From the NCBI RefSeq assembly GCF_032444005.1, contig NC_091288.1:225308001-225372000 (forward strand): a stretch of 64,000 nucleotides of DNA. Direction: 5' to 3'. The notes below the pieces were generated by a model, which saw only the letters and a program-made list of their open reading frames with translations, did no database searches and was not told where the DNA came from. Source of the DNA: Ranitomeya imitator. Its lineage: Eukaryota. The translations under genes and the position numbers were made by a program. This document shows positions 21,598 to 33,589 of the stretch, in pieces. Within the stretch, counting starts at the first letter, position 1. Every line of letters starts with the position of its first letter.

Positions 21598-23682
21598 CTA
21601 ACAGGACACAAGCATCCAACATCAGTGCCCAGGAGAGAAAGGCCATACAGTCTCTGAAAACCAATAAAGAAATCATCATCAAACCTGCTGACAAGGGCGG
21701 TGCAATAGTCATGATGAACACATCAGACTATATGAGGGAAGCAAACAGACAACTTATGGACACACGCTACTACAAAAAATTGGAGTCGGATCCTACACAG
21801 GATTATTACAAGGAACTAAACAAGTTGGTATCTTGTCTGCCCGAAGAATCCATAACAACCAATGACCTGACACCAGAAAGTCCAAAAACAGGGACATTCT
21901 ACATGCTTCCCAAAATCCACAAATCTGGAAACCCAGGAAGACCAATTATCTCATGTGTGGGCACCTTACTGAGCAGGTATCTGGATGGGTAGAGGGTTTT
22001 CTTAAACCTCTGGTAAAGGATACACCCAGCTTCATTCAGGACACAACTGACCTATAGAATAAACTATCAGCAATAGGTCCTCTACCAGAAGGAACCATCC
22101 TGGCCACCATGGATGTGGAATCTCCGTACTCCAATATCCCACACCAGGATGGATTAAATCCCTGCAAATTCCTCCTGGAAAACGCAGGGACTGATGCGGA
22201 TTCTGTGGTGAAACTTATAAAGTTCATCCTCACCCACAATTACTTTGAGTTTGACAAGAAGATCTATCTACAGGAGACTGGCACAGCGATGGGAAGTAAA
22301 ATGGCCCCACAGTATGCAAATCTTTTCATGGCCAAGCTTGAAAGTGACTTTTTGTCCTCATGTCCCATCAGGCCTCTGGCCTATTACCGCTACATTGTTG
22401 ACATTTTAATCATCTGGACGGAGTCTGAGCCGCAGCTAAAGACGTTCCATGAACAGTTCAATCAATTTCATCCCACCATCAACTTGACACTCAACTACTC
22501 CTGCACTGAAATTAACTTTTTGGACACCATCATTAAGCTGCAGGACAGTGAAATAGAGACATCCCTGTATCAGAAGCCAATTGACCGCCCAACATACCTT
22601 AAATGGGACAGTTTCCATCCTAAACACATAAAAAACTCTATTGTCTACAGCCAAGCCATCAGATACAATCGTATATGTTCCAACCCCATGGATAGGGATG
22701 AACACCTTGGTCGCCTCAGAAAGATCTTTTTGAATCAGGGCGACCATCCAAGAACAATTGAAAATCAGATCACAAGAACCACCAGAATATCAAGGAATCA
22801 CCTGCTACATTACAAAGCTAAAGAAGAAAATAACGGGTTGCCTCTAGTGGTCACCTACAATCCAAATCTGGAGGTGCTGAGGGGAGCTGCACGGAAATTA
22901 CAACCTTTAGTCCAAAAAGATGCCCGAATACAATCCTCCAGACCCCCCACTACTGTGTTTTAGGCAGCCCCCAAATCTAAGAAGCATCATTGTCAGGAGC
23001 TCCCTGTCCTCTCCAACAGCTGCAGGAACCTTTCCTTGCAATCAGAAAAAATGCAAAACCTGTCCATTTATAATGACCACGGACAAGATAAAGATCCCCA
23101 ACTCACATCAGGACTACAAGATCCCAGGTACTTTCAGCTGCGTCACTTCTAATGTGGTGTACCTAATTATTTGTACTAAATGTCCAACTGGGGGTCTGTA
23201 TGTGGGGAGACAGGGCAGAAGCTGAGAACAAGGATGAATTCTCACCGCCACACAATAAAAGAAAAAAGAATGGATCTACCTGTCGCAATACATTTTTGTC
23301 TCCCAAATCATAACATTATGGACATGAAATTACTTGTGATAAAAGATAGCTTCAAATCTAAGAGAGACAGAAGAGTCTGGGAATATAAGCTGATGACCAT
23401 TAACACTCTCACTGCAGGAATGAATGTGTCACATGGATTATGTCTTTTTACATTAACTAAGGAACTTGCCCCTCAGACTATGAGGGGTCATCACAACAGA
23501 GACCCTAATCAGAGGACAATAAAACATTCCTTATCTAAGAACTGGCCCAATATTTATGGACATAACTGTTTATCACTCATGGTAATTCTGCTTCATGTCA
23601 CCTGGCTTATCCATGGTTTTTCCCTTTTTTTCTGTGCTATGTTGTGCATAAATATGTGATTCTTCAGAATTTGTTTTAGTCT

Positions 23683-23722
23683 TTGCCTGATGAAGAGACC
23701 TGAGTAGTCACGAAAGCTGCAA
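23683..23722 (+). ncRNA. Minimal type I hammerhead ribozyme motif in the Penelope 3' region, degenerate
   Basis: Reads ttgc-CTGATGA-a-gagac-ctgagta-gtcac-GAA-AGCT-gcaa. Stem I is ttgc/gcaa, stem II pairs 4 of 5, helix III is the palindrome AGCT, and the cleavage-site nucleotide is missing. Confidence 0.7.
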
Positions 23723-25244
23723 TTTGTTACCATCTTTTCAGTTAGCCATTAAAAGGTATCAACCACTGAGGACTCTCAAATCTAAATATTTTTCAGTAAG
23801 TCATTAGTAATTTTGGTCAGGGCAGTATCAGTGGAGTGGTGGGGGCGGAAGCCAGATTGGAGGTTGTCAAGGAGAGAGTTAGATCATGAGAGGTGGGAAG
23901 AAAGTTGAGCATGGACATGCTGCTCAAGGAGTTTTGAAGCAAACAGGAGCAGTGATATAGGGCCGAAATCAGCCCCCAACCCCGGCTAATGGACCGGAGC
24001 AGCCGCTGATCCCTGTGTCTCCACATTATGGTGGCAGCAGTGGGATATTACTCAACCCGGGGGAGCTGCAGGGGACTAGTGTTATCAGACACCGTTCAGT
24101 GCTCCACAGCCAGGGAGACATACAGACAGACCAAGCAGACCATTGATGAGGCATGCACAGCAGGTTTCAGACACCACTACATACAACCCCACCAACTTGG
24201 CCTTGGGAAGAGGACCAGAGTGGATGTGAGCCGCAACAAGAAACGGAAACTACTTCTCCGGCTTCAACGGATTAAATGGGATTTAATCCAGGAACTACGG
24301 GGTGCGGAGGCTTAAAGACATGTTGTGTACTGTCCCCGATAAGTGGAGAAGGATGATCGGAGTCATAGAATCCTAGAATGTAAGAGTTAGAAGGGACCTC
24401 CAGGGTCATTGTGTCCAACCCCCTCCTAAATGCAGGAGTCACTAAACCATCTCAGACAGATGTCTGTCCAGCCTCTGTGTGGAGACTTCCACTGAACACC
24501 CTCACTTTCAAAAAGTTTTTTCTAATATCTAATCTGTATCTTCTCCCATTCAGTTTCATTCCTTTGCTTCTCGTGTTTCCATATGCAAATGAGAATAATG
24601 ATCCCTCTACTCTGTGACAGCCCTTCAGATATTTGTAGACGGCTATTTAGTCTCCTCTTTGCCTTCCTTTTTTGCATGCTAAATATTCCCAGATCCTTTA
24701 ATCGTTCCTCGTAGGACATACCTAGCAGTCCGCTCAACATCTTGGTAGCTCTTCTTTGAACTTGCTCCTGTTTTTCAATGTCTTTTTGTTAAATTGTGGT
24801 GCCCAGAACTGGACACAGTATTCCAGATGAGGCCTGACCAAGGAGTAGTAAAGGGGATAATTACTTCACGTGATGTAGAGTCTTTATACATCCTAGAACT
24901 GTGTTTGCCTTTTTTGCTGCTGCATCACACTGTTGACTCATGTGCAGTCTGTGATCTATTAGTATACCCAAGTCTTTTTCACACGTGCTGTTGTTTAGTT
25001 GTATTTCTCCCATTCTATAGATGTAAATTTCATTTTTTTGCCCCGATGTAAAATCTTGCATTTCTCCATGTTAAATACCATTGTATTAGTCGCTGCTCAT
25101 TGTTCAAGCTTATCTAGATCCTTCTGAATCCTTTGTCTTCTCTAGTGTTAGCTATCCCTTCTAGCTTTGCATCGTCTGCAAAATTTGATCAGTTTACCTT
25201 CAGTTTCATTTATCTAGATCATTTTTAAAAATGTTGAGCAACAC

Positions 25245-25565
25245 TGGGGCCAGGACAAAGCCTTGTGGTACCCCACTTGGAACACTGGGGCCAGGACAGA
25301 GCACTGTGTTATCCCACGTGTAACACTAATGCCAGGACAGATCCTTGTGGGGCCACTTGTAACACTAGGTCCAGGACAAAGCCTTGTGGTACCCCACTTA
25401 TAACACTAGGGCCAGGACAGAGCACTGTGGGTGGTACCCCACATGTAATACTGGGGCCAGGCAGAGGCTTGTGGTCCCACTTGTAACACTGGGGCCAGGA
25501 CAGAGCATTGTGGACCCACTTGTAACACTGGGGCCAGGACAGAGCCTTGTATCCCACTTGAACAC
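25245..25565. repeat. ~40-41-bp tandem amplification of the CR1 RT '[11 protein letters not shown]' segment
   Basis: About 8 diverged copies of ggggccaggacagagccttgtggtaccccacttgtaacact, with CR1 sequence continuing on both sides. Confidence 0.8.
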
Positions 25566-25860
25566 TTTTCCAATTGGATGTGCAACCATTTACCCCTATT
25601 TGTGTATGATCACCAAGCCAGTTATGAATCCACTTAACCGTGGCCTTGTCAGTCCTATACTTGGTCATTTTTTAATAAGGAAGGTATGAGATACTTTATC
25701 AAATGCTGAAGTCGAGATATACTATATCTACCGCATTTCCCTGATCCACCCAGTCAGTGATTCCATCATAAAAGGAAATTAGATTAGCCTGGCATGACTT
25801 TTTTGCTACGAACCCATGCTGGCTCTGGTTAATAACTGCATTCTTATCCAAGTACTTACA

Positions 25861-25971
25861 TACACAGAAGAGAGAACAAGAGGATCAGTGACAGTGATGA
25901 TAATGTGTGCAAACTGTAAAGCGCTGCGGAATGTTAGCGCTATATAAAAATAAAGATTATTATTATTATTA
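25861..25971 (+). mobile_element. Short L2/SINE-type 3' end fragment inserted in the CR1
   Basis: Ends gcgctgcggaatgttagcgctatataaaaataaag(att)n. Confidence 0.55.
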
Positions 25972-27218
25972 TACATGCTGTTTAATGATTTGTTCACACA
26001 TCTTTCCTGGTATAGAAGTAAGGTTCACTGGCCTGTAATTTCCTGGTATAAAAGTAAGGCTCATTGGCCTATAATTTCCTGGCTCCGTCTTCTTTCCTTT
26101 TTTTGAAGACAGGGACACCATTTGCCCTTCTCCAATTTTCTGGGACTTCTCCTGCTCTCCATGATTTTTCAAAGATTCTGGCTGGTGGTTCTGCAATTTC
26201 CTATGCTTTCTCAGTACCCTAGGATGTAATTAATCAGGACCAGGAGATTTAAATTCATGTAAATTAGCTCATTGTACCCTCACCATCTCTCTGTTTCTGC
26301 ATAGAGTGGATTATTTTATTCCTTCGATGGCACTATGAACAATAGTTGAGGTTACAATTGTTTTTTTAGAGAACACAGATGCAAAATAGGAAAGTAAATG
26401 TTCGCCTCCTCTACATCATTTTTTACCACTTCACCTTTTTCATCCTGTAAAAATCATATAGCATGTTTGCCTTTTCTTTTGCTTTTGTCATGCACACACA
26501 TTTCTTTTTTTGCTGTTATTGGTCTCCCTTGCAAGCCTTCATTACTGGCTTTAGCTCCTCTAACTCTTGCCCTGCATTCCCTGCAGACAGCATTATATTC
26601 TTCTTTAGATATGCCCCCACTTTCCATTTGATATACATTTATTTTTCCTTTTTAACAAGTGATTAAGTCCTGTGTTCATCCACCCTCGAATCTTTAAATG
26701 CTTCCATGTCCTCCTTTTCGTCATTGTTACTGTGCGGTGAGAATTTTGATTTAACAAAATCTCTTGTCCTTTTTGGACATTTCTGTCCTATAGAACATCC
26801 GGCCATTGAACCTTTCCTACCCTCTTTCTGAGTCCATTAAAATGTCTTTCTGAAGTCCAACCTTAAAGTCTGAGCCCTCGCTGGTCTACCTCCTCCTGTA
26901 ATCCAAAATATGTGGATAGCATGATCCCTGCCTCCTGAATTCCCAGCCACATTTACTTCCTCAACCATTTCCGCCTTGTTGGTAAGAATTAGCTCCAAGA
27001 TTGCAGATCCTCTTGTTCTCTCTTCTGTGTTTTGAAAGAGAAAGTTGTCAGCGAGAGAAGATAAGAATTTTCTGGACCCAGGACTTTTGCCAGAGTGGAT
27101 TATTGGATTTTCTATCATGTCTGGCTAATTAAGATGAGGGAGCATTTTATCCTAATTAACCAATCGTCTATTTTCAGTAAGCCAGGATGAATAGACTGTT
27201 ATCTATATGTTGAATTTA

Positions 27219-28290
<1,072 letters not shown>

Positions 28291-28679
28291 AGCCCCATTC
28301 TCTTACACACAAAGCCAGCCCCATGAGTTCCCATGTGATGTCACCCCAGCACAACATTGCCCCCCCCCCTGTGACGTCAGCTCCCCTCCCCCACACAACA
28401 GTGTTTCCCCCCCACACAACATTGTCCTCCGCCCCCCTGCTACACCCGCACCTGTCCCCCATCAGAGCTGTGCTGTGTCTTTAAGAACCCGGCTTTGCAC
28501 AGTTCAGCTCTTCCTCAGGTACAGGAGACTGCTCTCTCTGGAGAGGTCAGGGAGGGAGGCAGCAGGTGCAGGAGGAGAGCGCGCCCAACTGTCAGGTGAG
28601 AACTGTACACTCCCCTCCCCCAGAGAGACTCCATGTGACAGCTGCAATGAGGAAGTGACATACCACACAAGGAACAGCC

Positions 28680-30340
28680 GGAGAGAGGTCAGCCCCCAAC
28701 AAAAGAGACAGCTGGAGAGAGCAGACACAGGTGAGGCAGCCGGAGAGAGAGCAGCCCCCCAACAAAAGAGACAGCTGGAGAGAGCAGACACAGGTGAGGC
28801 AGCCGGAGAGAGGTCAGCCCCCCAACAAAAGAGACAGCTGGAGAGAGCAGACACAGGTGAGACAGCTGGAGAGAGAGCAGACACAGGTGAGGCAGCCGGA
28901 GAGCGAGCAGACACAGGTGAGACAGCCGGAGAGAGGTCAGCCCCCCAACAAAAGAGACAGCTGGAGAGAGCAGACACAGGTGAGACAGCTGGAGAGCGAG
29001 CAGACACAGGTGAGGCAGCCGGAGAGAGGTCAGCCCCCCAACAAAAGAGACAGCTGGAGAGAGCAGACACAGGTGAGGCAGCCGGAGAGAGGTCAGCCCC
29101 CCAACAAAAGAGACAGCTGGAGAGAGCAGACATAGGAGAGACTGCCAGAGAGAGAGCAGACATAGGAGAGACAGCTGGAGAGAGAGCAGACATAGGAGAG
29201 ACAGCTGGAGAGAGCAGACACAGGAGAGACAGCTGGAGAGAGCAGACACAGGAGAGACAGCCGGAGAGAGGTCAGCCCCCAACAAAAGAGACAGCTGGAG
29301 AGAGCAGACACAGGTGAGGCAGCTGGAGAGAGAGCTGGAGAGAGAGCAGACATAGGAGAGACAGCTGGAGAGAGAGCAGACATAGGAGAGACAGTTGGAG
29401 AGAGAGCAGACATAGGAGAGACAGCTGGAGAGAGAGCAGACATAGGATAGACAGCTGGAGAGAGAGCAGACACAGGAGAGACAGCTGGAGAGAGAGAGCA
29501 GACATAGGAGAGACAGCTGGAGAGAGCAGACATAGGAGAGACAGCTAGACAGAGAGCAGACACAGGAGAGACAGCCGGAGAGAGAGCAGACACAGGAGAG
29601 ACAGCCAGAGAGCAGACACAGGAGAGACAGCCGGAGAGAGAGCAGACATAGGAGAGACAGCTGGAGAGAGAGCAGACATAGGAGAGACAGCTGGAGAGAG
29701 CAGACACAGGAGAGACAGCTGGAGAGAGAGCAGACACAGGAGAGACAGCCAGAGAGAGAGCAGACACAGGAGAGACAGCTGGAGAGAGCAGACACAGGAG
29801 AGACAGCTGGAGAGAGAGAGCAGACATAGGATAGACAGCTGGAGAGAGAGCAGACACAGGAGAGACAGCCAGAGAGAGAGCAGACACAGGAGAGACAGCT
29901 GGAGAGAGAGAGCAGACATAGGATAGACAGCTGGAGAGAGCAGACATAGGATAGACAGCTGGAGAGAGCAGACATAGGAGAGACAGCTGGAGAGAGAGCA
30001 GACACAGGAGAGACAGCCAGAGAGAGAGCAGACATAGGAGAGACAGCTGGAGAGAGAGCAGACACAGGAGAGACAGCTGGAGAGAGAGCAGACATAGGAG
30101 AGACAGCTGGAGAGAGAGCAGACATAGGAGAGACAGCTGGAGAGAGCAGACATAGGAGAGACAGCTGGAGAGAGAGCAGACATAGGAGAGACAGCTGGAG
30201 AGAGAGCAGACATAGGAGAGACAGCTGGAGAGAGAGCAGACACAGGTGAGGCAGCCGGAGAGAGAGCAGACATAGGAGAGACAGCTGGAGAGAGGTCAGC
30301 CCCCCAACAAAAGAGACAGCGAGAGAGAGCAGACACAAGA
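28680..30340. repeat. Purine-rich compound minisatellite (63-bp and ~28-32-bp units; gacagctggagagagagcagacataggaga)
   Basis: 63-bp units on the left grade into ~30-bp units on the right. Confidence 0.92.
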
Positions 30341-30469
30341 AACAGAGACCCTAGAACTGGTAACTTCTTGTCAGCGCTGAAGATGGACAGAAAGTGACAG
30401 CTGGACCCCAAAGATCAGACACAGCAGTATAATGCTGCTCCCTATAGAGTGATGCTGATCCCAGTCCCA

Positions 30470-31930
30470 GTGAGATGGTCCTGACCCCGGTGCTAGGGAG
30501 ATGGTCTTGACCCCGGTGCTAGGGAGATGGTCCTGACCCCGGTGCTAGGGAGATGGTCCTGACCCCGGTGCTAGGGAGATGGTCCTGACCCCGGTGCTAG
30601 GGAGATGGTCCTGACCCCGGTGCTAGGGAGATGGTCCTGACCCCGGTGCTAGGGAGATGGTCTTGACCCCGGTGCTAGGGAGATGGTCTTGACCCCAGTC
30701 CCAGTGAGATGGTCCTGACCCCGGTGCTAGGGAGATGGTCTTGACCCCGATGCTAGGGAGATGGTCTTGACCCCGGTGCTAGGGAGATGGTCCTGACCCC
30801 GGTGCTAGGGAGATGGTCCTGACCCCGGTGCTAGGGAGATGGTCCTGACCCCGGTGCTAGGGAGATGGTCCTGACCCCGGTGCTAGGGAGATGGTCTTGA
30901 CCCCAGTCCCAGTGAGATGGTCCTGACCCCGGTGCTAGGGAGATGGTCTTGACCCCGATGCTAGGGAGATGGTCTTGACCCCGGTGCTAGGGAGATGGTC
31001 CTGACCCCGGTGCTAGGGAGATGGTCCTGACCCCGGTGCTAGGGAGATGGTCCTGACCCCGGTGCTAGGGAGATGGTCCTGACCCCGGTGCTGGGGAGAA
31101 GGTCCTAACCCAGGTACCAGGGAGATGGTCCAGACCCCTTGCTAGGGAGATGGTCGTAATCCTGGTGCCAGGGAGATGGTCCTAACCCAGATACTAGTGA
31201 GATTGTCCTGACCTGGTACCAGTGAGACAAGCCTGACCCCGGTGCCAGTGAGATGGTCCTGACCCTGGTGTCAGGGAGATGGTCCTAATCCCAATACCAG
31301 GGAAATGATCCTGACCCCGGTGCTGGGGAGAAGGTCCTAACCCAGGTACCAGGGAGGTGGTCCAGACCCCTTGCTAGGGAGATGTTCATAATCCCGGTGC
31401 CAGTGAGATGGTCCTAATCCCGATACCAGGGAAATGATCCTGACCCCGGAATCAAGAAGATGGTCCTAACCCAGGTACCAGGGAGATGGCCCTAACCCGG
31501 TACCAGTGAGATGGTCCTGACCCTAGTGCCAGGGAGATCATTCTGATCCCGATACCAGTGAGGTGGTCCTGACCCCGGTACCATGGAGATGGTTCTGATC
31601 TCGTTACCTTTGTGATGGACCTAACCCTGATACCAGTGAATTAGTTCTGACCCTGGTGCCAGGGAGATGGTTCTGAGAGATGGTCCTGACCCTGTTGCTG
31701 GGGAGATGGTCCAGACCCGGTACCAGTGAAATGGTCCTGATCTCGGTGTGAGAGAGATGGTCCTGACCCTGGAGCCAATGAGATGGTCGTAATCCTGGGG
31801 CCAGGGAGATGGTCCTAACCCCGATACTAGTAGGTTTGTCCTGATCCTGGTACCAGTGAGATGGTCCTGACCCCGGTGCCAATGAGATGGTCGTGATCCC
31901 GGTGCCAATGAGATCGTCCTGATTCTGGTA
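30470..31930. repeat. 26-bp minisatellite (gagatggtcctgaccccggtgctagg)
   Basis: Homogeneous to ~31080, then progressively degenerate. Confidence 0.92.
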
Positions 31931-31974
31931 CCAGTCACACGGTCCTGTCGCCTCGGACCCCGGTCAGGACCATA

Positions 31975-32200
31975 CAGTGGGTACGGAAAGTGTTCAGACC
32001 CCTTTTTAAATTTTTCACTCTTCAGTTTTTCTTTTTTATTAAATTTGCAAAAATTTCTACATTTCTTTTTTTTCAGTCAGGATGTGGTGCAGATTGTCCA
32101 TTAATGGGAAAAAATGAACTTTTTTTGAATTTACCAAATGGCTGCTATAAAACAAAGAGTGAAAAATGTAAAGGGGTCTGAATACTTTCTGCAGCCACTG
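31975..32200. mobile_element. Internally deleted Tc1-like element (226 bp)
   Basis: TA-cagtgggtacggaaagtgttcagacccc ... ggggtctgaatactttctgcagccactg-TA, giving imperfect TIRs with a TA TSD. Confidence 0.8.
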
Positions 32201-32390
32201 TATGGTCCTGACCGGGGTCCGAGCCTTCCACTGTATGGTCCTGACCAGGGTCCGAGCCTTCCACTGTATGGTCCTGACCAGGGTCCGAGCCTTCCACTGT
32301 ATGGTCCTGACCAGGGTCCGAGCCTTCCACTGTATGGTCCTGACCAGGGTCCGAGCCTTCCACTGTATGGTCCTGACCGGGGTCCGAGCC
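32195..32390. repeat. 33-bp tandem repeat (6 copies) made from the Tc1 right end plus its flank
   Basis: ccactgtatggtcctgacc(a/g)gggtccgagcctt repeated 6 times. Confidence 0.9.
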
Positions 32391-32563
32391 TTATTATTAC
32401 GGTGCCTTTCTGTTCATCTTTGCCGCCCCGGTACATTATTACATTGTGGCAGTGGGGATACCTGCCTCAGTGCGGCCTCGCCCATCCACCATGAAAGCTC
32501 AGGGTGCAGCTTTGTCTCCTCAGAATTTCTAAGACGTCAACTTTGTTGCTTCCAGGAGCCTCA

Positions 32564-33079
32564 ATGAAGCTGGAGACCAGTTCCCGACTTGCTTGTTGCT
32601 CCCCAGAGAAAGAAGGCTACCTGCTGAAGAAAGGCGGCCGCCACGCATCCTACCACCGCCGCTGGTTCATGCTGTGTGGAAACTTGCTTCTGTACTGGGA
32701 ACGGCAAGGAGACCCCCAGCCTCTGGGACTCATATTGCTGGAGGGGAGCACCGTCACTCTGAGAAGCTCCAAGCTGGAGTTCGCCTTCTGTCTCTGTTCT
32801 GTCTCTCGTGTTTACAAAATGGCAGCCGAAAGCCAACGAGAACTGGAGCTGTGGGTGCGGGCATTACTCAGTGCCAATCTGGGCTACACCAAGGCCCTTG
32901 TGGGTGAGCTGCGGAGTCAGTACATGAGCCTCACACAGGAACCTGCCAAACCCTCAGCAAGAAGCCGAATAGATCAGGCCTGTGACGAGCTGCAATGGGG
33001 CGCGGAGTTTGGAGTCTTGCACCAGTGGCTGGGAGAGGAGGTCACCCGTCTGCGGCCCAACAGCCTCATGGACTTCTGA
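32564..33079 (+). CDS. PHETA/FAM109 (IPIP27, Sesquipedalian) family PH-domain endocytic adaptor, 171 aa, single coding exon; paralog identity uncertain
   Basis: MKL start; KEGYLLKKGGRHASYHRRWFMLCGNLLLY...GLILLEG...FAF...MAAESQRELELWVRAL matches the PHETA1/2 PH domain as I recall it. C-terminal F&H motif FGVLHQWLGEEV. Splice acceptor ctttgttgcttccag just before the ATG. Confidence 0.85.
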   Translation: MKLETSSRLACCSPEKEGYLLKKGGRHASYHRRWFMLCGNLLLYWERQGDPQPLGLILLEGSTVTLRSSKLEFAFCLCSVSRVYKMAAESQRELELWVRALLSANLGYTKALVGELRSQYMSLTQEPAKPSARSRIDQACDELQWGAEFGVLHQWLGEEVTRLRPNSLMDF

Positions 33080-33144
33080 TATAAAGTGTGAGCAGAGGTC
33101 GCTCGCCTGTGGCCCAGCAATCAATGACCCTTGTTTCCCAGTAA

Positions 33145-33150
33145 AATAAA
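33145..33150 (+). terminator. Candidate polyadenylation signal of the PHETA-like gene
   Basis: AATAAA ~65 nt after the stop codon. Confidence 0.45.
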
Positions 33151-33589
33151 ACAGGTGATAGCCATAGTCCAAAAAGACACCACCCCCTGGACCTTCTCGA
33201 TCATTGGCTTCTATGTGGACACAGGTGAGAGCCACCTGCGTTTTCATAATTCCCAAAAATCCATCAAAATAAGCAACTGTCATCTGTCTCTTTCAAGACA
33301 TCTGCTTTACTCTAGGTGCTGGGGTCATATCTTGGCTCATGTCATCCAGAGTTTTCTATTACTGAGAGAGATGACAGTTGGTACTCTTAAAATTCTATGA
33401 AGGGGAGGAACAAGAGGCAGCTATAGAGAGGGAGGGGCTAGAGACAGGTAGAGAGGGAGGGGCTAGAGACAGGCAGATGGGGAGTCATGAGAGACAGGCA
33501 GAGAGGGAGGAGCTAGAGCAAAGTAGTGGTGGCCGAGTTAGAGGCAGCTGCAGAGGAGGAGCTAGAGGCAGATAGAGTGTATAGAGTTA

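Larger units (their letters stand above)
15580..23792 (+). mobile_element. Penelope-like retroelement (RT + GIY-YIG), 5'-truncated and degenerate, interrupted by chromovirus copy 2 (segments 15580-15786 and 21598-23792)
   Basis: Motifs FFRKLRLREYF, IKPADKGGAIV, FYMLPKIHKSGNPGRPIIS, DVESPYSNIPH, GTAMGSKMAPQYANLFM, YRYIVD (YIDD mutated), and NVVYLIICTKC...LYVGETGQKLRTRMNSHR (GIY-YIG). TSD (t)cagtaagtcatt at 15567-15579 and 23793-23805. Confidence 0.9.
13752..23963 (-). mobile_element. 5'-truncated L2 (CR1-clade) LINE, split by a Penelope insertion (segments ~13752-15579 and 23793-23963)
   Basis: Minus-strand RT motifs [71 protein letters not shown], and C-terminal LIISRLDYCN...LHWLPIPQRIQFK. 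L2-type 3' end near 13752-13900. Confidence 0.88.
24364..27170 (-). mobile_element. Degenerate CR1 LINE (ORF2 EN-RT remnants, ATTCTRTG-type tail)
   Basis: 3' tail is the reverse complement of catagaatcctagaat. Minus-strand motifs [49 protein letters not shown]. Confidence 0.82.

Noticed and set aside
32491-32535. ATG in perfect Kozak context (ccaccATG) upstream of the PHETA-like CDS
   Set aside because: It is out of frame, stops after 14 codons, and lies upstream of the splice acceptor at 32555, so it is probably intronic.
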